This document shows positions 35,339 to 42,173 of a stretch of DNA of 42,173 nt, piece after piece (position 1 is the stretch's first letter; each line of letters opens with the position of its first letter). The notes below the pieces were generated by a model, which saw only the letters and a program-made list of their open reading frames with translations, made no database searches and was not told the DNA's origin. The stretch is taken from contig CAXHAT010000052.1 of assembly GCA_964014485.1 (NCBI GenBank), positions 1-42,173 on the forward strand, in the 5' to 3' direction. This DNA is from an uncultured Deferribacteres bacterium. Its GTDB lineage: Bacteria; Zhuqueibacterota; Zhuqueibacteria; Zhuqueibacterales; Geothermadaptataceae. Position numbers and translations under genes: made by a program.

Positions 35339-37090
35339 GTGGAGAAATCTATCAACGAACCATCACAAGAACGCGCCGGATTAACTCTCCGCGCTGTTGC
35401 TATCGCCATTGGGCTGACGCTTTTTTTGCTTGTCAGCTCTTCATATGTCGCGGTCACGCTCGGCGTGCTCCCCTGGCCGATTATTTTTTCCGTCATCGTT
35501 TCCGGCGGCGTATTGAAAATGATGAATCGCGGCAAATCCGTGAATGTTCATGAAGTCAACGTCGCGCAGGCTGGCGCCAGCATTGGCGGGTTAGTGGCAG
35601 GCGGAATCGTTTTTACCGTGCCGGGCATTTTGTATTTAAACGCCAACGAGGGTCTGAGCATTTCGTGGCCGAATCCGTGGACGCTGGCATTGTTAACCGC
35701 CGTCGCGGGTTTTCTTGGCGTTCTGCTCTCCGTGCCGCTGAAAAAAACTTTTGTCGACGAAGAAAAACTGCCCTATCCGGCAGGCATGGCTGGGGCAGAA
35801 CTTTTGAAGCTCGGCGCGGTTGGCGGGAAATTTCTGTTCGGGGTCGTTATTATTGGCGCGCTGGCCGGAATTTTTGCATTGGTGCGGGACGTGCATTTTT
35901 CCGCAAGTTGGAGCATTCCGGCGCTCATGACCTACGGCGTCGCGCTTTCCGTGCGCATCACGCTGCTACCGTTGACGAGCGGCTTTATCCTGGGCGCAAA
36001 GCCAAGTTTTTCGTGGTTTGGCGGCGCGGTCATCGGCTGGCTCATCTTAATTCCGGCCTTATTTCATTCGGGCTATGCGTTTGACGACGCCAAATCTTTG
36101 ACGCAGAATTTCGGCATGGGCATGGTGCTCGGCTCGGGAATCGGATTTTTTCTCGCCTACGTTGCACCGCGCTTTAAGCAAATTTTCCAGCCGTTTTTTC
36201 AACGCTCGGAGAGTTTGGCGAAATTGTTTCCCATTCTGTCCATAGCCGCATTTTTGACGCTTATTTTTATCGACGTGCCTGTTTTCGCCGCCTTGCTTTG
36301 CGTCGTGATGGTCTGGATCATGGTCGCCGTTGCGGCGCGCATGACCGGCGAAACGAACATTAATCCGCTGGAACAGTTCGGCATTTTCACCGGACTGGTG
36401 ATCGCCTTTCTTTACGCCGTTTTTCAACTCGATCTTTCCTACGCGGCGTCCTTCACTATCGTTATTTTCGTGAGCGTGGCTTGTGCGGTCGCCGGGGACG
36501 TTGGCCACGACTATAAATCCGCCGCCATTGTCGGCACGCGTTTTCGGGACATTGTCAAGGTCGATTTAATCGCCGTCGTCTGTGCGGGAGTGGCGGCGCC
36601 GTTTGTTTTGGAATTGATTCGAACGGGCTTTCAAGACGTGCTTTTCACCGACGCGATGCCCGCTCCCCAGGCGCAGCTTGTCGCAGCGAGCATTTTCGGA
36701 TTTCATTATCCGTCGGCGTTTCTTACCGGATTTGGCGCAGCGTGCGCCTACGAATTGGTCAACGCATTCCTGCCGCAAAAATACCGACAGCCTGTCTTGC
36801 TCATGCCAGCGGGCATTGGAATGTTTCTAGGAATGGGTTTCGCCATTCCACTGGCTCTAGGGGCGATTATTTATCTTTTCATAAAACGAAAATTCAGCAA
36901 TATTGAACATACCGGAATCGTCATCGCGGCAGGCGTTATGGGCGGAGAAGGGTTGGCGGGGTTTTTAACCGGCGCTTTCAAAACCGCCGGCGCTGATTTT
37001 CAGCAAAGTGCGTATTGGTTGATTGGCTTGTTTCTGATCGCGGCTTTGGGGAGCGTTTTCAAATTTTGGCGGTATTCAAAAAGAGAGTGA
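35339..37090 (+). CDS. OPT/YSL family oligopeptide or metal-chelate transporter
   Basis: LTLRAVAIA, EVNVAQAG, EEKLPYPAG, ARMTGETNINP, HDYKS, G.MGGE; start uncertain (GTG 35339; the longer ORF start lies inside MITE D). Confidence 0.85.
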   Translation: MEKSINEPSQERAGLTLRAVAIAIGLTLFLLVSSSYVAVTLGVLPWPIIFSVIVSGGVLKMMNRGKSVNVHEVNVAQAGASIGGLVAGGIVFTVPGILYLNANEGLSISWPNPWTLALLTAVAGFLGVLLSVPLKKTFVDEEKLPYPAGMAGAELLKLGAVGGKFLFGVVIIGALAGIFALVRDVHFSASWSIPALMTYGVALSVRITLLPLTSGFILGAKPSFSWFGGAVIGWLILIPALFHSGYAFDDAKSLTQNFGMGMVLGSGIGFFLAYVAPRFKQIFQPFFQRSESLAKLFPILSIAAFLTLIFIDVPVFAALLCVVMVWIMVAVAARMTGETNINPLEQFGIFTGLVIAFLYAVFQLDLSYAASFTIVIFVSVACAVAGDVGHDYKSAAIVGTRFRDIVKVDLIAVVCAGVAAPFVLELIRTGFQDVLFTDAMPAPQAQLVAASIFGFHYPSAFLTGFGAACAYELVNAFLPQKYRQPVLLMPAGIGMFLGMGFAIPLALGAIIYLFIKRKFSNIEHTGIVIAAGVMGGEGLAGFLTGAFKTAGADFQQSAYWLIGLFLIAALGSVFKFWRYSKRE

Positions 37091-37116
37091 TCGAAGGCTT
37101 ACTTAAACAGTCCTGG

Positions 37117-38022
37117 TCAATCATGCTCGGCGCGCCAAGTCGGCTTAAGTTCCAAAATTGCGAATTCAGCGAACGGTTCTTTTCCCGTCTCAAGGTCTTC
37201 TTTAACCGAAAGCACGACGATGATCGCGTAAGTTTTACCTTCAATTTGCAGCACGCGATTAAGCTCTTTATTAGCGGCGCGGTCTACAAGAATGCTGTCG
37301 TCGCGCGTGGTTTTTAGCCTGAACCGCAGCGTGCCGCCTTCTTTATAAGCGAGAATTGAGAAGGGGTAAGCGCCTGAGATTTCATCGCCGTCGCCCGCTT
37401 CCCGGATGTCGAGTTCATTGATTTCAAGGCGGATATTGTGAATCAACTTGCTTCTTTGAAAATCCGGAATTTCAAGGCTGCCTAACTGGAAATCTGAATT
37501 GTTTTGGTTGACGATTTGATATTCGCCGGGCCGATCCGGGGCTTTTCGTAAGGTCAAATTCCAGTTAAACGCGGACGAATCAGGCAACGGAATATGATCC
37601 CCCAAAGGTTCGACCTCGACTTCTTCAATTTCGCCTGTGCTGCGATTGATCGGCAGCCAGACGGTTGGCGGCGGTTCAAAAAGCGAGCCCATTTCAACAT
37701 TGCTGGCGCCGCCCGAGCTCGGCAAAGAACTGGCGAGCCACATGAATCCGGCGCCAACGGCGGCAGCCCCGCCAATATTTGCCACGCCCTTCCATTTGAA
37801 CGATTGATCGCGTAAAGGGTCGACGAGATAGAAAATCAGGCCGCCGACGAAACCAATGAGAACATAAAAAGCCACCCAGTCAATAGCTTCCATTCTCGAT
37901 CTGAAGGTAATGTACAAAATCACCGAAAGGATCAGGAAGACGGCGAGCGCCGTCATCCCAAGAATGAATTGGTGTTTTGAAAGATTTTGTTTTTGTGTTA
38001 AGGCGTGTTCTGACTCCGGCAT
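37117..38022 (-). CDS. Hypothetical membrane protein (3 N-terminal TM helices and a soluble C-terminal domain)
   Basis: AAGGA RBS before ATG 38022; three hydrophobic segments. Confidence 0.65.
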   Translation of the reverse strand: MPESEHALTQKQNLSKHQFILGMTALAVFLILSVILYITFRSRMEAIDWVAFYVLIGFVGGLIFYLVDPLRDQSFKWKGVANIGGAAAVGAGFMWLASSLPSSGGASNVEMGSLFEPPPTVWLPINRSTGEIEEVEVEPLGDHIPLPDSSAFNWNLTLRKAPDRPGEYQIVNQNNSDFQLGSLEIPDFQRSKLIHNIRLEINELDIREAGDGDEISGAYPFSILAYKEGGTLRFRLKTTRDDSILVDRAANKELNRVLQIEGKTYAIIVVLSVKEDLETGKEPFAEFAILELKPTWRAEHD

Positions 38023-38111
38023 GAAAACGATTTCCTTTTGGCGCGTTTTTTTATATTTGAAGATAACCAAGTTAGCCCGAATTTGCAAACCTGACAAGCG
38101 ATATTTGAATT

Positions 38112-38885
38112 ATGAAAAACAACATGATTTCATTTGCAAAGCTCTCCGCACTTATGCTCGCGTTCCTGGTTACGTCAAAGTTACTCGCACAACAGCCTGA
38201 TGCGTTTGAGGTCGGCGACAAAATCCCAGACGACGTTTTCGTTGTAGACGCAAGCGGCGAAAACCGCAAACTATTGGATCTGGTCAAGCCAGAAACGAAA
38301 GTTATTTACTTGCTTGTCTTCGGCGGCCCGAGCATGAGCGACCGTACGCACGGCGGGCTCTGGTGTGAAGATTCGTTTAACGATTTGCCGACCTCAAATT
38401 ACATCCGCCTGAAGTATGAAGATTCCGGCGTTGAAGTCGTGCCCGTCGTCTGCCCTCCCGTTTATCACGAAGACCTTTTTGCTTTTGAAGAGGACGCCTT
38501 TCTCAAATCCCGCCAGAATTCTGAGAAATATCAAGACAACTTCAAGACATTCGTCAATGCGACAAAGGCGCTGCAAACGCTGGAGACCATTCCGTTCAAA
38601 GCGGTGTTTTTTGACCCTCGATTTCAGCTCATGCTCAATCACAAAAAAACGACGGTCAACTCAGAATATGCCGGGAAAAAGCTCTCGTGGTTGGGAAAAT
38701 TCAAACCGCAGGACGACACGCAGACTTATTCCACGCCCACTATTTGGCTGTTGTCCAAAGACGGCGAAGTCTTGCACGCGCCGTTTTTCGGGAATCGCTA
38801 TAACCCGACCACTCAGAAGATCGTCTACACCGTCCTTGACGTTGAACGCGCGGTTCTTGAAGCGCTGGTGAAGGCGTCCGAGTAA
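38112..38885 (+). CDS. Secreted thioredoxin-fold / redoxin-like protein
   Basis: Signal peptide; FEVGDKIPD...D.SG start typical of AhpC/TSA; WCEDS (CxxS); PTIWLLSKDGEV. Confidence 0.6.
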   Translation: MKNNMISFAKLSALMLAFLVTSKLLAQQPDAFEVGDKIPDDVFVVDASGENRKLLDLVKPETKVIYLLVFGGPSMSDRTHGGLWCEDSFNDLPTSNYIRLKYEDSGVEVVPVVCPPVYHEDLFAFEEDAFLKSRQNSEKYQDNFKTFVNATKALQTLETIPFKAVFFDPRFQLMLNHKKTTVNSEYAGKKLSWLGKFKPQDDTQTYSTPTIWLLSKDGEVLHAPFFGNRYNPTTQKIVYTVLDVERAVLEALVKASE

Positions 38886-38915
38886 AGCTGTGGAGGCTGT
38901 CGAATGCTCCCCAAA

Positions 38916-39007
38916 TGTCACGCTGGAAGCATCTTTTTTAGACTTTTCCGCAAAAAAATGCGGGAACGTTCATGCCTGGCGACCTCAAGGATTCCTACGA
39001 AATGACA
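38916..39007. repeat. Degenerate REP doublet related to the core of MITE D
   Basis: TGTCACGCTGGAAGCATCTTTTTT ... GATTCCTACGAAATGACA matches the 35142-35232 core; lies between convergent genes. Confidence 0.6.
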
Positions 39008-39085
39008 AAGCAGGGACTTTCCAAACACGGTCTCATGAAAAGTGTGAAACAAGCTTTACTTCCTCCCCGGCACGTCAAAGTTCGT

Positions 39086-41206
39086 TTACTCCACGATAAT
39101 TTCGTCGCAAAAAACCCACGCCTTCCCCCCTGCGCCCCGATGCCATTCGGGGCAAGTTTTCATGGCCGCCGCCGTGATTTTAATATAACGGGCGTTTACA
39201 TTTTTAAGCCCGCCCGTTGCAAAATCTTCGACCGTCGCAGCGTCATCTTTTTCGGAGATTTGCACGTTGACTAACTTCAGCGTCTCAAATCTTATCCCGT
39301 CGTTGGAAACGGCAAACGCGACTTCTTTGGGCGCCCAAATCCATGAGTCGATGTTTTGTAAAAAACCGGCGCGAATGCGGGAAACGCTTTTTTCCGAGCC
39401 GAGATCGATTGTAGCAACCATGTCTTCGCCTTCCCAGCCGAGCCATTTCTTGTCGTGAAAATCCGTCGATCCGCGTACTCCGTCGCCGAGGGTCAAATCC
39501 CCGAGGCCCGCGTATTTTTCGCTATACTTCGAAGCGTAAGAAATCGATTTGTACTGGTTGATCAGAATGAATTCCGTTTGAGCGACCGGGCTTGGAACGA
39601 GTCCGGGTTTGAAAGCGGCGGCTTTGAGCATTGTTGTTTTTGTAAAGACAATGGGCTCGGAATATTGCGGCGAATTTGCAGAAGGCGCACTGCCGTCAAG
39701 CGTGTAGCGCAACGTTGCACCGGGGGCGTCGCTTTCCAAACGCACCGAGACCTTTTCCGCGAACAGCTTTTGCCGCAATCCCGACTCTTCGCCGCTGATA
39801 ATTTCCGGCGTTTCCGCAACCGCCGCGGCTTTTCCTTTTATGCGAAAAGTCCACGCATGTTCGCCGGGGCGATTTTCGGGGGCTTGCAGATTGGCCGGGA
39901 TTGACATCGTCAGTCCGCTTTCTTGGGAAAACCGCCAACCAAGCGGCTCGTCGACGCCAAGCATGTGAATTTCAGAACCGGGCTCCGGCTCGACATACTT
40001 CAAGCTTATTTTGTCGCCGGGCCAGTCGACGGCGATTGCATAAATGTAGGACGCTTCCTTGGCGCGGGTGTAATGAATGGACTTTCCTTCCTTAAAATGC
40101 TTCATTCTGTCGGTCGCGTAAATCGCCTCGCCGTTGACGCGCATCCATGCGCCGATTTCCTGCAAACGCTCTACGCTTTGCGGCGGAATCAACCCTTCCG
40201 CCGTCGGGCCAACGTTCAGCAAATAATTGCCGCCTTTCGAAGCAATATCGACGATATTATGGATGAGCGTTTTTGTTGATTTCCAATTGTTGTCGTAAGA
40301 AGCATAGCCCCAGTGGTCGTTGATGGTCATGCACGATTCCCAATCATAATCGGAAACGCCTTCCAAAATCTCCTGCTCCGGCGTACCGAAATCGCCCGCT
40401 GCGCCTTCGTAGGCGTTCATCCCCTGCATTCCCTGCCGCCCTTTGCCGACGCGATTGTTGATGATAATGTCCGGCTGCAAATCACGGGTAAAATTATATA
40501 AATCCTTGCCCATTTCTTCCGTCCATTCGTCAATCCATTCGCCGTCGAACCAGAGCACGCCCAGCGGCCCGTAGTTTTCCACCAACTCGCGAAGCTGCGG
40601 CTTGAGAAAGCTTTCGACATAACGCGGAAAGTTAGGATTTTTCTTGCCCGAGCCGTTGTACCGCGGATAAAACGGCGCCTGCGCGTCAGGATGATTCCAA
40701 TCCATGATCGAATGATAAAAACAAAACGTCAGATCGTATTTTTTGCACGCGTCGGCAAGCTCTCGCAGAATGTCGCGCTTGAACGGCGTCGCGTCCATAA
40801 CGTCATATTCCGTCACTTTCGAGTCCCAAAGCGAGAAACCTTCGTGGTGCTTCGATGTGATCACGACGTATTTCATGCCCGCTTCCTTCGCCAGCTTCAT
40901 CCAGGCGTCGGCGTCGAATTTCGTCGGGTTGAATTGCTCGGCGTATTTTTCGTACTCGGCGACGGGGATTTCCGCCGTGTTTTGAATCCATTCCGCGTGT
41001 CCGGTTTCGCCTTGATAAACGCCGGCGGGCACGGAATACAAGCCCCAGTGGATAAACATGCCGAAGCGCGCGTCGCGCCACCATTTCATGCGAGCGTCGA
41101 AATCTTCTTTGGATTCGTGCAGGTAATTTTTTGCCTCGCGCGATTCCGAGCAGGCCATGCAACACAGTAAAAATGTGCAACAACCCAAAACCAGAAACTT
41201 TGCCAT
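39086..41206 (-). CDS. Alpha-L-fucosidase (GH29) with FN3-associated and F5/8-like C-terminal domains; probable lipoprotein
   Basis: GAGGAG RBS; WWRDARFGMFIHWG, SKHHEGF.LW, LWFDG, WESCMT, GGNYLLNVGP; RYTLDGS.P; ARYIKI..W.F.DEI. Confidence 0.93.
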   Translation of the reverse strand: MAKFLVLGCCTFLLCCMACSESREAKNYLHESKEDFDARMKWWRDARFGMFIHWGLYSVPAGVYQGETGHAEWIQNTAEIPVAEYEKYAEQFNPTKFDADAWMKLAKEAGMKYVVITSKHHEGFSLWDSKVTEYDVMDATPFKRDILRELADACKKYDLTFCFYHSIMDWNHPDAQAPFYPRYNGSGKKNPNFPRYVESFLKPQLRELVENYGPLGVLWFDGEWIDEWTEEMGKDLYNFTRDLQPDIIINNRVGKGRQGMQGMNAYEGAAGDFGTPEQEILEGVSDYDWESCMTINDHWGYASYDNNWKSTKTLIHNIVDIASKGGNYLLNVGPTAEGLIPPQSVERLQEIGAWMRVNGEAIYATDRMKHFKEGKSIHYTRAKEASYIYAIAVDWPGDKISLKYVEPEPGSEIHMLGVDEPLGWRFSQESGLTMSIPANLQAPENRPGEHAWTFRIKGKAAAVAETPEIISGEESGLRQKLFAEKVSVRLESDAPGATLRYTLDGSAPSANSPQYSEPIVFTKTTMLKAAAFKPGLVPSPVAQTEFILINQYKSISYASKYSEKYAGLGDLTLGDGVRGSTDFHDKKWLGWEGEDMVATIDLGSEKSVSRIRAGFLQNIDSWIWAPKEVAFAVSNDGIRFETLKLVNVQISEKDDAATVEDFATGGLKNVNARYIKITAAAMKTCPEWHRGAGGKAWVFCDEIIVE

Positions 41207-41378
41207 TCCGCCTCTCCTCAAAAACGTGTAACGGGCATTTTCCATTGTAACTTTGGCGATAAACGCGTTACTTACTCGCCGCAATATCGGCGGCGTTTTC
41301 ATAATCACAAAAACATCGCATCGTGACAAGGTAATTTGCACTGATCTTCGTTTTCAAATCATAACAGGAGGCTTTTCG

Positions 41379-41708
41379 ATGAATCAGCAGGACGGATCAC
41401 AGCGCCAAATAAAAATCGAGCTTGGAGAAAAAGAAGCGGAAGGCATTTATTCAAATTTGGCAATGATTAGCCACTCCGGCGCCGAGTTTGTCTTCGATTT
41501 TATCCGCGTATTGCCGGGCGTTCCGAAGAGCAAGGTCTACGCTCGAATCGTTATGACCCCGCAACATGCAAAGTCGCTTTTGCTCGCTTTGAAGGACAAC
41601 ATCGACAAGTATGAGAAGAACTTCGGCCAGATCAAACTGATCGCCCAGCCCGGCGCGCCGGGAGCGGGTTTTACCAATGGCGGCGGAAACGGAAACGGCA
41701 AAAACTAA
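41379..41708 (+). CDS. DUF3467 domain protein
   Basis: AGGAGG RBS; EGIYSNLAMISHS..EFVFDF...ARIVMTPQHAKSL...YEKNFG. Confidence 0.88.
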   Translation: MNQQDGSQRQIKIELGEKEAEGIYSNLAMISHSGAEFVFDFIRVLPGVPKSKVYARIVMTPQHAKSLLLALKDNIDKYEKNFGQIKLIAQPGAPGAGFTNGGGNGNGKN

Positions 41709-42126
41709 TGCGTCTCGATGCTCTCTGCGACGTGCCCGGAATAAAAGTTGGGCACGCCCAAAATCTCGAAGCGCGAACGGGCTGCACGGTCGTCATCCCT
41801 GAAAAGCCGGCCGTGACAGGTGTCGACGTTCGCGGGTCGGCGCCGGGAACGCGGGAAATCGAACTGCTCAAACCCGTCAGATTGGTGCGCGAAATCCATG
41901 CGCTGCTCCTGACCGGCGGCAGCGCTTTTGGCTTGGACGCGGCGGGCGGCGTGCAGCAATTCCTGGAAGAGCGCAAAATTGGATTCTCCACAGGGCACGC
42001 ACATGTGCCGATTGTTCCGGCGGCCGTCATCTATGACCTCGGCATCGGGCGGTCAGACGTTCGCCCGGATCGTAGAATGGGTTACGAAGCGGCAAAAAAT
42101 ACTCACGCTTACGACCAAACCAACGG
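41708..42126 (+). CDS. P1 family peptidase (DmpA-like, peptidase S58), truncated at the contig end
   Basis: Not in the ORF track. Translation MRLDALCDVPGIKVGH..TGCTVV..GVDVRGSAPGTRE..LTGGSAFGL..VPIVPAAVIYDL; ATG overlaps the upstream TAA. Confidence 0.9.
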
Positions 42127-42173
42127 CTGTCTCTTATACACATCTCCGAGCCCACGAGACTCCATTGCATCGC
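42127..42173 (+). other. Illumina Nextera adapter read-through (technical artefact)
   Basis: Exact CTGTCTCTTATACACATCTCCGAGCCCACGAGAC followed by a probable index TCCATTGC. Confidence 0.97.

Noticed and set aside
41277..41299. CGCCGC-N7-GCGGCG-TTTT terminator-like hairpin
   Set aside because: It lies between divergent genes with a short stem and no upstream plus-strand gene; function cannot be supported.
42127..42145. Tn5/IS50 transposon end
   Set aside because: It is the synthetic mosaic end followed by Nextera primer sequence, a library artefact.

Overview
Bacterial contig end, probably metagenomic: it finishes in a Nextera adapter read-through at 42127-42173. The gene content suggests a Gram-negative FCB-group lineage such as KSB1 or Calditrichota (inference). 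Coding content: a Gfo/Idh/MocA oxidoreductase; a TonB-dependent receptor, a 1155-aa secreted protein with a T9SS-like C-terminus and a PorV-family gene, interleaved with toxin-antitoxin genes (TumA/TumE, BrnT/BrnA, orphan antitoxins) and an AT-rich HEPN gene; a PD-(D/E)XK-like protein next to a sirtuin; a gamma-glutamyltransferase-like gene broken by one in-frame TAG; an Omp85 protein; a six-gene TolC/HlyD/ABC exporter; a fused aconitase-family dehydratase; glycoside hydrolases; an OPT transporter; and several small genes. The most striking signal is non-coding. At least five families of transposase-less miniature elements (MITEs) occur, four of them always and the fifth in one copy wrapping a REP-like palindrome pair. 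They nest like Russian dolls, and inner elements target the hairpin of the outer element's REP. One three-layer composite sits exactly in frame (333 bp) inside the signal-peptide codons of the HlyD gene. No CRISPR array, tRNA, rRNA or transposase gene was seen.
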